Shown piece after piece: positions 10,791-22,300 of a DNA stretch of 64,000 nucleotides; positions within the stretch are counted from its first letter, which is position 1; each line of letters starts with the position of its first letter. Below the pieces are notes generated by a model. The model was given only the letters and a program-made list of their open reading frames with translations. It made no database searches and was not told the DNA's origin. Source of the DNA: Thecamonas trahens ATCC 50062 (lineage: Eukaryota > Protista > Apusomonadida); NCBI RefSeq assembly GCF_000142905.1, contig NW_013657627.1:224204-288203 (forward strand), in the 5' to 3' direction. The position numbers were made by a program, and so were the translations under genes.

Positions 10791-12365
10791 ATGGAGGGAC
10801 TTGCATCCCGGGCAGGGTTGAAACGGGTCAACTCTGTAGGCAACTCACTTGGCTGTAGCCCCCCACGAGGGAGTGCTGGTGCGGCGGTGGTGGAGGCGGG
10901 CAAGACAGCAAGCTTAGCAACGTCCATTACCCTGGCCCCCCCCACCCCCACCACCACCCCCACTACCAGCACTACCAGCACAAGCACCAGCACCACTTCC
11001 AACAACACCGCACGGAGTGGTACAGTCTCAGGTCTAGGTGTACCCACAAATGAGATGGAGTCGGCAACAAGTGCAGATGGTCGCCGCCCTGCTGCTACCA
11101 CGACAACCGCCACCACCACGGCCACCACCGCCACGGCCACCACCGCCACCGACAGTGCTGCTGCTGCTGGTGGAAGTGGTGCTGCTGCTGGTCATGGCAA
11201 ACTTGGCGCCTATTCTCAACTACCATCATCATCGACATCGCATCCAGTCTCGCCGTCCTCACTCTCGGCTCCGGTCAGGGCTCGGGGTATGAGTCTGTCT
11301 CGCAAGGCTGTGTCGGCAAGTACTATGGGAGGCGGTGCTGATGACGGGAAGCAGGCCAAGGTCGGGGCTGGGGTCGGGGCTGGGGCCGGGGCCGATGCTG
11401 GTGCTGGTGCTGGTGCTGGGTTGGCCGGCCAGGATGGTCAGAGGAGTTGGACCCAGCGTTGGTCGCCTGGGCCCACAGATCGGCTCGGCATGGCAGTCGG
11501 AGGTGCCAGCTTGTCGCGCTCTCCCGGGGAGTGGCTCCGCTCGCCGTTGGCGTTCTCGCTGCCGGCATCGACGCGGATGGCCGGTGAGCCAGACGAGTTG
11601 AGAATCCGACTGCCACACTCGTCGGTCGGCCTGCCACAGACGCTGGCCATGCAACACTTTAGCGCTGACAAGGCTCAGGTTGCAGGCGGCGACGGCGCGC
11701 TCGGCCAGCTCTCGGCGCGGATCGACGCTTTTCTTGCTCGCACCTTTCTGGCAGACATTGACGACTGCGAGTGCGGCGTGCTCACGGGGTACCGCTACGG
11801 CGGCGCAGGAAGTGGGAGTACAGGCTACGACTACGGCTACACGCCCGAGGCTGACGGCCTGCCGCGCCGCTGGTGGGGCTGCGGCCGCGGCGAGATCGAG
11901 TCTGACGCCGACGGCCACGACATGGCAGCCGGTAGCGGAGCGTCCGCAAGCGGCTGGATGGCTGTCGCGCTCATCATGCTCCTCACCGTCTACGCCGGCG
12001 TCCTGGTCTGGGACGCGCTCGCCACAGCCTCGGTCTCGAACGCCTTTGTGCTGGCCTTTGTGGCGCTCGGCGCCTACGGCGCCTACGGCCAGCGGCTCTG
12101 GCCTCTCCTCGCCTTTCTCGCTGTCCACATCGGGCGGACGGTGGCGCTCATCCTTTACGTCGCCACCTCGCTCGTTCCCGCCATCCTCTCGGACTCGCCG
12201 CCTGTCGACTCGCCCGTGACCCACACCGATGGTGCGCCGTGCTTCCTCTGTCTCGGCCTCTACGCCCTTCTTGTTGTCGGCCACGCCCTCGTCGCCTTTC
12301 TCGCCTTCCGCCTCGTCATTGTCGTCAAGCGGCTCATCGTCAACCGCAAACAATGCTTTGCGTAG
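10791..12365 (+). CDS. Hypothetical membrane protein: long disordered Ser/Thr/Gly N-terminus and about 4 C-terminal TM helices
   Basis: Open frame with coding-like codon usage in the 3' half. Hydrophobic segments WMAVALIMLLTVYAGVLVW, AFVLAFVALGAYG, TVALILYVATSLVPAIL, LGLYALLVVGHALVAFLAF. The start codon is uncertain (ORF opens at 10653). Confidence 0.65.
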   Translation: MEGLASRAGLKRVNSVGNSLGCSPPRGSAGAAVVEAGKTASLATSITLAPPTPTTTPTTSTTSTSTSTTSNNTARSGTVSGLGVPTNEMESATSADGRRPAATTTTATTTATTATATTATDSAAAAGGSGAAAGHGKLGAYSQLPSSSTSHPVSPSSLSAPVRARGMSLSRKAVSASTMGGGADDGKQAKVGAGVGAGAGADAGAGAGAGLAGQDGQRSWTQRWSPGPTDRLGMAVGGASLSRSPGEWLRSPLAFSLPASTRMAGEPDELRIRLPHSSVGLPQTLAMQHFSADKAQVAGGDGALGQLSARIDAFLARTFLADIDDCECGVLTGYRYGGAGSGSTGYDYGYTPEADGLPRRWWGCGRGEIESDADGHDMAAGSGASASGWMAVALIMLLTVYAGVLVWDALATASVSNAFVLAFVALGAYGAYGQRLWPLLAFLAVHIGRTVALILYVATSLVPAILSDSPPVDSPVTHTDGAPCFLCLGLYALLVVGHALVAFLAFRLVIVVKRLIVNRKQCFA

Positions 12366-13225
12366 CTTACATGTCTGATTATTATTGAACAATACCCCCC
12401 AACGCAGTCCCTCCCTCCCCCCCCCCCCCCCCCTACCTCCCTCCCTCCCCCTCACCGGCCAACCGGCCGCCACCTTCCGACCACCACCACCGCTGCCGCT
12501 CGCCACACCACCAACCCACGCCGAACCGTTCTCACGTGTAACACCTCTCCTCAACCTGCACCGTCCCGTTTCTCTGGGTGCTGCACGAGTACGTACCACA
12601 CCCCCTCCGTCCCCCCCCTCCCCCCCTCCCCCCCTCCCCCCCTCTTTCATTTTTTCTTCCCCCCGCCCCCTTCCCCCCCTCCACGTCCTGGTCTGTCTGT
12701 GCCAGCGGGCGTTGCGGAAATGAAAGTCATCGAATATTGTCACGAACGTATCAATTGTTTTCAATGGGGCAAAGGAAGAGGGCAAAGAGTGATGGCAGCA
12801 GCAGGTCAATCGTGTTGATCATTGGCTTTCTCAATGTTACCAAACAATAATGTTCATGAGAGTCTATGGAGCTTGGGGGGGGATGGGGGAGAAGGGAAGG
12901 GAAGGGAAGGGAAGGGATGGGAGGGAAGACGGCGTGGCGCCTACTTTTGGCACTTTTTTGTTCCACACACTCGCCCGCACTCCCACACCCCTACCACACA
13001 CTCACACTCTTTAATCACTATACAAATGCTACTATGACCTCGGTCGTGTCCTCGCCTACACGCTCGTATGCGTTTTGCCTGTTTCACCCAATGCTACCCC
13101 TCTCACACCCTCGCCGCTCATCACCTCCATTTCGTACCACTCTCGGCCCGTCGCTCGTCGCTCGTCGCTCGCCGCTCGTCGCTCGTCGCTCGTCGCGCGC
13201 CCCGCCTCTCTCAACAGGGCTGGGC

Positions 13226-16200
13226 ATGATGAACAACGGACGCCAGTCTCGCTCCAAGTGGGCCGTGTACCTCGCGGTCCCACTGCTGGTGGCTACGGTT
13301 GTGGCGATGGTGGCGCTCTCGCACACCCGCTCATCGCTTCGTGTGGAGCCGGCATCGGCAGACGAGGCCAAGACACAGACTGCTGCGCCCGTCTCGCTCT
13401 CCCACGCCACCGCCGAGCTGCGCAGCTGGATGGAGGCGCATGCTCGTGGCGAGGCGTCGGAGGCCGACGGCGTGGCGCTCGCGGCGCAGCGCGCGGCTCT
13501 GCTTGCCGATGCGGCGCTGTCGGACCCGGCGGCTGTCGCCAGCCATGCTCTGTACCCGGCCGCGCTGGCAGGCCTTCCGCCTGCCGTTGCGGCCCATGCC
13601 GAGACGTGGGTGACCGGCGAGGCCACCATCGAGATGCTTTGCCCTTTCCCCAAGCCGGTCGACCTCACCGCGGAAAAGGCGACCTACGTGCAGGAAGTCG
13701 CTGCTGACCCGACAAACTTGCGGTCGTTTGACCGGCTCGACGAGCGTGCCCAGGCCCAGTTTGAGGCTCGCGAGTCGAAGCGGCTGGTCAAACTTGGCGC
13801 GCGAAAGACTGCGGCGCGCGCCGTCGCCACCAGCGACGACCACGATCATGACCACGACCACGACCACGACCACGATGACCACGATCACGAGTACGACTAC
13901 GTTGTGGTGTACAAGACTGGAACACATGCGACCACCAAGTTCCAGGCCTCGGTCTATGGCGTGCGCGACCAGCGGGCGGCGCGCGAGGCGGTTCCTGTCA
14001 CGGGCGTGCTCGTCGGCTCGCGGCTGGCGGTGCTCGAGTCGCCGATGGTGACGATGTCTGCGGCTGACGGCCAAGTGCTACTGGAAAGCCACGGGCGAGC
14101 GCTCGAGGCGGCGACGCCTGCCGCAGCGGCGGGCAGCGCGAGCCACGTCGGCGTGCACGGCTCGCGGCTGGTCCACTTTGCCAACGAGGCCGAGGCTGTG
14201 GCTGCGGCCGAGTCTGCGCATGCGGCCAACGAGGCCGAGTTTGAGGCCAAGTTTACCTCGTACACGCCGACGGGCGACATCCGGACCATCGTCTTTCTGG
14301 TGCAGTTCTCGGACGAGGCTGCACCGGCGACGACCGAGACCAACTACGCGCAGACCATGACAACGGTCAACACGTACTGGAACATCAACTCGTATGGACT
14401 CTCGCAGTACACGCCGATCGAGTACGAGATCATCACGCTCTCCAACTCGAAGAGCTCGTACTCGTCGGGAGGCTCGACGTGCCCGATCGACTTTGGCAAG
14501 TCGTCGCTCCTCGACGACGATGTGTGGGCGGCTTCGAGCAACCTCGAAGGCGACTACCAGCGGTACCTCATTCTCTTCACTGAGTTTACTGCTTGTCCGT
14601 GGGCCGGCCTCGGCTCGATCGCTGCGTCAGGCACGTGGATCAACGGCCTGTTTGACGCCACGGCGCACTGGCACATTGCCGCGCACGAGCTTGGCCACAA
14701 CTATGCGTTCCGGCACGCCAACGCGTGGTACGGCGGCGGCACGTCGCCGGTCGGCTCGAGCGGACAGACGCTGCCGTACGGCGACGACTTTGACATTATG
14801 GGTGCCGTCACCATCGACACTGACCGCTCCTCGTTCCATGTGAATACTCACAAGAAGCATGGTGTCGGATGGATCTCCGACTCGGACCGCCAGACGGCCT
14901 CGGCCTCGGGTCAGTACCGCATTTTCTCGCACGACGCCATCGACTCGAACTCAGGCGTCCGCGCTGTCCGCATCCGTCGCGGCTCGGGCTCGTCGACCTG
15001 GTACTGGCTCGAGTACCGCCAGAACATTGCCTACGCACCGGCGACGCCGTACTTTTCCAACGGCATCAACGTCCACTGGGCGTACGAGCTCTCGTCGTTT
15101 GAGACCGAGACCGACCTCCTTGATCTCACCCCGGCGTTCATGACCGAGAACCTGTACGACGACCTGCTCGTCAACTCGCCGCTGCAGATCGGGCGGACGT
15201 TCTCGGACCCGGACGAGCAGATCCACTTTACGCCCATCGGCACGTCGTCGCTCGGCGGGCGCGGCTACATTGACGTCTTTGTCAGCTTTGAGGCCGCCAA
15301 CTCGGCGCCAGTCATCAACTCGGTAACCGCGTCGTGCACCCAGCCCGAGGTCGAGGAGGCCGTCCTGCTGGTGGTCGACGTGACCGACCCTGACGGTGAC
15401 TTGCTCGCTTACTCGTGGGACTTTGGCGACGGCTCGCTCTCGTCGGTCAACTCGATTGCGGTCTCGCACGGGTGGGCCACGGCCGGCGCCAAGGAGGTTA
15501 CCGTCACTGTCTCGGACATGCGCGGCTCGGTGACAACCGCCTCGGTCTCGCCTCAAGTTGTCGTTGCCGCCACCGGCCAGGGCGTCTGCCCCCCGTGTCC
15601 CAACGCGTGCAACGGGCACGGAATCTGCTCCGGCGGAGTCTGCGCCTGCTCGCCGGGCTACACCGGTGCCGACTGCTCGCAGGCCATCGGAGTCACACAG
15701 CTGGTTCCCAACTTTGGGCCCATCGGCGGCGGCAACGTCGTCACCGTCCACGGCTTTGGCTTTAACGGCACCTCGTTTATCTGCAACTTTAAGGGCATCG
15801 GCCTGCGGCCGGCGAACCGAGTCGACGAGACAACGGTGACCTGCACGGCGCCACCGGCGCTGTCCAAGTCGACTGTCGAGCTCGAGGTCTCGCCCAACTC
15901 GGGCTTGCACTACACTGGCTCGCGGATCGGCTACACCTTTGGCGGCGGCTCGTGCCCGAACAACTGCACCCAGCAAGGCTCGTGCGACATCGGCCCGGGC
16001 GTGTGTACCTGCTACGCCGGCTTCACCGGCCTTGACTGCTCGACGGCCATCTCGGCGAGCACGCTTGTGCCGGCTGACCAGGGCCCCAAGTCGGGCGGCC
16101 TGCCGGTGACGGTCACCGTCTCGCCGGCGTCGGGCGTTTTTGACGCCACCGGCGCCACGCCCATGTGCCGCTTCGGCCTGACCAAGCCTGTTCCGGCCAC

Positions 16201-17900
16201 CATGGTCGGCCCACAGCTGACGTGCACCACCCCGCCATATGGCGCCGGCGGCGTCACCGTCCCGCTCCAGGTCTCGCCCAACGGAGTCGACTTTACCAAC
16301 TCGAGCCTCACCTTTACCTACCGCACCGCGGTGGATCTGGTGGAGAACGTGGCGTCGACGCCCAAGTCGATTGTCTCGGGTGAGTACGCCTTTTACCGCT
16401 ACTGGCTCGGCGATGTCACCGGGCTCACGGTCGATGTGACTCTTGCGGCGTCGACCGGCGCGCCGGAACTCTTTGCCCGCTCTAACATCGTGCCCATCAA
16501 GGGCGTTGTCGGCTCATTCTCCCTCGCGGCGCCCGGTACGCTCACCCTCGGCGCAACCGACCTCACGGCCGGCTTCCTCTACATCTCCGTCCTCACCACC
16601 GGCGCAGCGTCGGACTTTACGGTCACACTCGCCATCACTGGAACCCACACAGTGGCGGTCAACGCCGGCAACCCGTTGCGCGCGCTCGCATCGGCCGGAA
16701 CGATCAACTACTACGCGGTGAGCCACGACGGGACGACGAACGCGGTGGTGGTCACCGCCGACGTCATCGGAACCGGCACCCCGCCGACCCTGTACCTCTC
16801 CGGCACCGAGACGGCGCCGACTGCCACGACGGCGTCGTCGTCGGGCACCACCGTGGTCATCCAGGCTTGTGAGCCTGCAGGTACATACTACGTCGGCGTG
16901 GAGGGCGACGGCGTGTCGTACGGACTCGAGGCCCGGACCGAGGCGCCCCCGTCCCGGGCACGCTCCCCGGCGAGCTGCCGGGCAAGATCATCTCTGCGCT
17001 CCGCGAAGAGTCGTCGGTCAATGTCACCTTTGCGCTCGCGGGCTCTGCCAATGACTACGACTTTGACCTCCGGTACGATGTGTTCTTCCGGCGCAACCAG
17101 GCCGATGTGGCGTTTGAGACGCCGTGCGACGTCAAGGTGAGCGGGACGGTGTTCCGGCAGAACCTGGCCTATGGTGCGTTCTCGGACCCGCTGCTCCAGG
17201 TCTACCCGCTCGACGCGTCCACCAACTATCAGGTCGCCGTCATCGTCAAGTCGACGACGGGCGTCGAGGCCATGTACCTCCCTGCGCTGCAGAAGACCAA
17301 GCCGCCGCCGATCCCCAAAGCCCTGCTCTACGGACTCATGGCCGGTTCGGTCGGCATGGCCCTCATCGGCGGCTGCGTCGTCGGCTTCTTCAAGCTCCGC
17401 AAGCGCAAGCGCAAGAAGCGTAAGCACCGCAGCCACGCCCGCCGTCGGCGCAAGACCCGCCGCGGCCGCTCACACGCAGGCGGTGCCGCTCCGGGCGTCG
17501 CCGCCGCCGCTGGCGCAGGCCTCCCAGCGCGATCGCCGTTGGGAAGCGCGGCCCCCGCCACGCTGAGGCCCGCCAGGACCGCTCCAAGCCGGCCCGCCGC
17601 ACGGCCGCCTCGGGCGGCGGCTCTCGGGCCACCGGCGGCGTCGCAGGCCCGCCACCCGGCACGGCCGGCGCACGCTCAGGCGCACGCTCCGGCCGCACCC
17701 GGCCCACCACCGCGCCGTCGCGCCAGCGCCAGCGCGCCATCGCCCGCGGCGACTTTGTGCCGCAGTACGAGAACGAGCTTGGCTTCCGCAAGGGCCAGAA
17801 GCTCTACATCCTGCAGAGGATGGATGCCGGCTGGTACAAGGCTGAGCTCGGCGGCAAGGTTGGCCTTGTCCCGGCCTCGTACGTCAAGCTTGTGCAGTAG
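13226..17900 (+). CDS. Multidomain membrane metalloprotease: M11/gametolysin-like domain, PKD, EGF, IPT/TIG x2, PPC-like, TM, cytoplasmic SH3; two apparent frameshifts
   Basis: HELGHNYAFRH zinc motif and YGDDFDIMG Met-turn; PKD (YSWDFGDG); EGF (CPNACNGHGIC..C.C.PGYTGADC) x2; TIG (PNFGPIGGGN.VTV.G..F). The frame changes near 16950 into a TM helix plus RKRKRKKRK. It changes again into SH3 AIARGDFVPQYENELGFRKGQKLYILQRMDAGWYKAELGGKVGLVPASYVKLVQ, with TAG at 17898-17900. Confidence 0.8.
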
Positions 17901-17977
17901 TCACCGCACACAATGAACATATCGCTTTGCTTTAGCTCTTCCACACTCGTCTCTCTAGCTCCTTCGCCTGGCGCACC

Positions 17978-19330
17978 ATGACCGCCGTCGCCGGTGGCGC
18001 TCCTCGGTCTCTCGCGGCTATCTTTGCACACGCGCAATCGGGCGATGTGGCCAAGCTCTCTGCCGCACTCGACGACCTGGGCAGCGAACTCGGCGACGAC
18101 TTCGGGCCCGGCGCATTGCCAGCTGCGCTCGACACGCTTGGCAGCGACGGACAAGGCGCTCTCCATCTGGCAGCGGCCTCGGATCAACCGGCAGCAGTCC
18201 AAGCACTCCTTGCTGCCGGCGCATCGATGACAGCTCGCAACGGATCGGGCAACAACCTCGCTGGTATCGCCGCCTCCCGCGGGTGCATGGATGTCCTCCG
18301 TTGGCTCGCCGATCTCGTCTCTGCCGGCGGCGACGACAACAACCTTGCCGCGACTGTCGTCACCGCCACCAACAAGTGGAATGAGACGCCGACAATGCTT
18401 GCTGTTGCAGCCGGTGAGCTTCCTGCTCTCCGGCTCCTCCTCACCCTCGCTCCCGTCGCCGCTACCCTCACCACCACCCGCGATGCCTGGAACCGCTCCG
18501 CCATCGACATTGCCCGTGACCAGGGCGTGCCGGCCGTTGTCCAGGTCATCGACGCCCACCTCGGCTCGACCTCTGGCTCGGTTCCGGAAGCCGGCTTTGC
18601 TGCCACGACACAGGACGGTGTCGGTGGAAGCACAGGGCCGTTGCCAGGCTCGCCTCTACCGCACTCGCTTCCGCCTTCGCCTCCGCCTCCGCCTCCGCCT
18701 CCGCCTCCGCTTCCGCCTCCGCCGCCGTCTTCCTCGTCGTCAACCAAATCGTCTCCTGCGGGCATCGGGTTGGCGCGTTTGGGGAAAGCGGTGGCTGGGG
18801 CGATTGGTAGCGGGACGATCAAGCTGCGCAAGGTGGAGGGCGGGCCAAGTGTGCGGTCGATGTTTGCAGAGGAGAGCAGAGGGGCAAGGGTGGTGACGAC
18901 GGCAAAGTCGCGCGGGCCACCGTACACCCGGGTCCTCTCCAAGCTCATCGAGGCACCAGGCGATTTTGCGGTGGTGGAGGAGCTACTGGCGGCCGGTGAT
19001 GTGGATCCTGCAGGGCTGGACATGTTTGGTCTACCAGCGCTGCACAAGGTGGCGGCGTGGAGCAAGCCGGGCCTGGTGCAGCTGGTTGCGAGCGTACTGA
19101 GCGACGACGAGCTGGTGGCGACGGCTGGCGACTCGGGCTTTACGGCGCTGCACATGGCGGTGGAGATGGGCGCGGTGGGCGGGGCTACTGCGGTACTGGC
19201 AGTTGCAGAGGCGCGCAAGGTCCGCGCGCGGCTGGTGGCGACGAGAGACGGGGCCGGGCGGACGGCAGGCGAGCTTGCGTGCGAGCTGGCAACGATGCCC
19301 TGCGAAGTGACCGACGAGCTGGCAACATAG
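17978..19330 (+). CDS. Ankyrin repeats - polyproline - WH2-like motif - ankyrin repeats
   Basis: Ankyrin motifs GQGALHLAA, ETPTMLAV, GLPALHKVA, GFTALHMAV. Central PPSPPPPPPPPPPLPPPPP followed by LGKAVAGAIGSGTIKLRKVE. Confidence 0.8.
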   Translation: MTAVAGGAPRSLAAIFAHAQSGDVAKLSAALDDLGSELGDDFGPGALPAALDTLGSDGQGALHLAAASDQPAAVQALLAAGASMTARNGSGNNLAGIAASRGCMDVLRWLADLVSAGGDDNNLAATVVTATNKWNETPTMLAVAAGELPALRLLLTLAPVAATLTTTRDAWNRSAIDIARDQGVPAVVQVIDAHLGSTSGSVPEAGFAATTQDGVGGSTGPLPGSPLPHSLPPSPPPPPPPPPPLPPPPPSSSSSTKSSPAGIGLARLGKAVAGAIGSGTIKLRKVEGGPSVRSMFAEESRGARVVTTAKSRGPPYTRVLSKLIEAPGDFAVVEELLAAGDVDPAGLDMFGLPALHKVAAWSKPGLVQLVASVLSDDELVATAGDSGFTALHMAVEMGAVGGATAVLAVAEARKVRARLVATRDGAGRTAGELACELATMPCEVTDELAT

Positions 19331-19354
19331 AGCCTCGGATTACAGCGGAGCATT

Positions 19355-22300
19355 TCAGGAGAGCGCCTCAAAGTAGGCAAAGTTCTCCAGCATGTTCTCG
19401 AGCAGCGAAGAGAGCTCCGGGAAGAGGGTGACAAATACGGAGAAGAAGGGCTGGACGACAAACTTGATAAAGTTGACCTCGAGCGGCGCAAGCATTGAGG
19501 TCTCGCGGTCAAAGATAGGGGTGACGGGCAGGCCGATGTCGCGCTCGCGGTCGCCTTGGGCGAGGAACTCTGCAAAGACCATATCTGCCCAGTCCTTGAA
19601 GATGGCGAGCGGGCGCGTGGGGTTTGAGATGTCTGCGGCGTGGAGGATGACGCCGGCGAGGAGCTTGCGGTCCGACTCGGAGGTGGGGTCGAGCTCGCGG
19701 GTCTGGACGACGACCTGGAACTGGCCCATAATTTCAAAGTGCGAGGCCATGTCTGTGACGAGGATGGCGTGAACAGCGATGGCGCGGAAGGACGCAGTCT
19801 GATCTGCCGAGAGGACCGAGGTGATGTCGCAGGCCGGCGAGGAGAGGACGCGGAAGAGGAGCGCTGCGTGATGGTTCTCAAGGACCGAGTTGTCGTTGTA
19901 GAGGCGAGCGAGCGGGGCCTGGACGGCGACCAGAAAGTCGTTGTTGAGGCCGGGGTGGTTGACATCGTGCGCCACAGCGGCGCAGAGGAGGGCGAGCGAG
20001 TCGAGCGGGGTGAGGAGGTCCGCCGCGCCCGAGTGGGTGATGTAGTAGTAGACGGACTGGGTGACGTCGGCGGCGTGGACAAAGTTATGATACGGGTTCG
20101 GCGACTTGTAGAGGTGCGAGACAGCGACGACAAAGTTGTAGACGAGCTCTTCGGAGAGGCCAAATGCGGCCATGACGCCAGCGGCATCAAACATCGCGAC
20201 GAGACAGACGATGAGGTCGGGCTTGGAGAGCGAGGTGGCGGCAAACGAGAGCGTGTCGATGTGGTGGCGGGCTTGGGAGAGGGTGAGCGAAGCGTGCTTG
20301 GTAGCGTCGGCGACGAGGGCGGCGACGCACGAGGTGATGGCGTCGACCCAGACAAAGGCGCCCCACGCGGTGGCCTCAACACCCGATGACGGCTCGTAGG
20401 CGAGAGTACCGGCGACAGGCGGGGCGTCGGGCGGGATCGAGGACGTCGAGCCTCCAGCGTCACGGAGCGGCGAGTCCTCAAGATGGCCGACGAGACCGGC
20501 GGCCTGCGAGCACGGCGACTTGGAGCGGTCGCGGTCGGACGAGTTGTCGAGCGAGGCGACCGAGGAGATGGAGCGGCGGAGGGCGTGCGACTTGCCGCGC
20601 GGGCGGCGGGTGAAGGTGTCGAGGATCCACTCCGAGTGGGAAGACATGCGACGAAGGCGCCCGGGCGGGGCCGGCGGGACCTGCGACGGACCGGTCGACG
20701 GTGAGGTCGGTGACATGTTGCGGCCGTAGCGCGGAAGAGGGGCGGCGAGCGAGGCGCGGCGCTTCTGGCCGCGGGCCATGGCGGCGGCGCGGTGGATGGT
20801 CATGGTGTCGTCGGAGGAGACAAGCGGGAGCGGCGGTGGCGGCGAGCGCGAGACCGAGATGGACTGGTGCGAGGTTGGCGGCGAGGACGAGGCAAACTCC
20901 TCCCCGGACGAGCCGCGGGCGCCGCCGCCCGGAGTGGGCGAGGTGGTGATCCGCGGCTGAAAGAGGTCGCCCGAAGCAAGTTGCGAGATGACACTCTGCA
21001 GCTCGTAGCGGACAAAGTCGGCCTTGTGGGGGTTGCCGAGGTCAAGCCTGGTGAGCTCCTGAAGGCGCGAGACGAGCGAGAGGAGCGGCGTCTCAACGAG
21101 GGCGAGCTTTGTCCGCATGTCGTCCATGTGCGACTCGAGGTGGGTGTGCTTCTTCCGCTCGGCCTCGATGAGCGAGAGCTTCCAGCGGAGAGTGACCTTG
21201 CGCATGGCATCGATGGCCGAGTGCTGGTGACCGGCACGGCCGCGGGCGAGGCCCATGCGGTGGAGATGGGCCGGGAGCGAGCTCTTCCGGCTGGGCTGAA
21301 GCATGGTGGGCGGGGCGAGGCCGCGGACGCGGTGGGCAAGCGCGGCGGGCACAAACGGTTTGACGAGGTAGTCGACAACGCCATCGGCCATAAACGCCGC
21401 GATAATCTCGACAGAGTTACGCGGAAAGATGGCAAAGACACGCGGAATGTGGCCCATCTTCTGCTTGACAAGGGTGCGGAGCCAAGAGTGAGCAACTTGG
21501 ACGCCACCAACCTCAATGTCAAGGACAATGAGGTCGACGTGCGCCGAGTCGAGGACAATGAGCGCGTCCTCGGGGTCGGGCGCCTCGTACACGTCGGAAA
21601 AGTTAAAGTGACGCAAGATGTCGGCGGCTGAGATGGCCGACGAGGTGGGCGGCGCAACAGGAATGCCGTTGTGCAGCGCAATGTCGGTCCCGCCGTCGAT
21701 GTGGCACTGGACGGTGCCCCACTCATCCGAGGCTGACGGGGCCAGGTCGGAGGAGGCAGTTGAGTCAGACGAGTCGGACGAGGACGAGTCGGACGAGGAC
21801 GAGGGAGAGTGGGCAGCCGACGCGGTGGCATTGGTGTCGTCCGAAATAGACGAGAGCGACGAGAGCGTCGATGCTGGCGCGCCGTGCTGGACCGGCGGAG
21901 CAAGGTGAGCGGCCGACGAGGCGGCGGCGATGGCGTGCGGGGCTGGGGCGGCGCTAGGGCCAGACTCGACCGAGCCGGTGGCCGAGAGTTCGAGCGAGGT
22001 CCGCGGCGACGTGGGGCTCCGCGGCGAGCTCTCGCCAGACGAGGTGAACGAGGGAATGTCAAGATTGTGGTGGTCCATCTCTCCGAGGCCGCTTGGGTTG
22101 GCGATCTCGGTGGCGGAGCGACGCATGGGGCGAAGAACTGGCGAGACGGAGCGTGACGGGTTTGGCGCCGGCTCGGGCGCGCCCTTGGCCGACTTTGCAC
22201 GCTTGCCGCGGACACGGTGCTTGCGCCGGCCGGAGCGGAGAAGAGGTGAGCTAGCCTTAGTTGTTGCCTTGGCAGTTGCCTTGGATCGCGAGCGCGGCGT

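Noticed and set aside
18184-20481. 765-aa minus-strand ORF and the many other overlapping ORFs
   Set aside because: These are GC-rich shadow ORFs overlapping well-supported genes and have no recognisable motifs.
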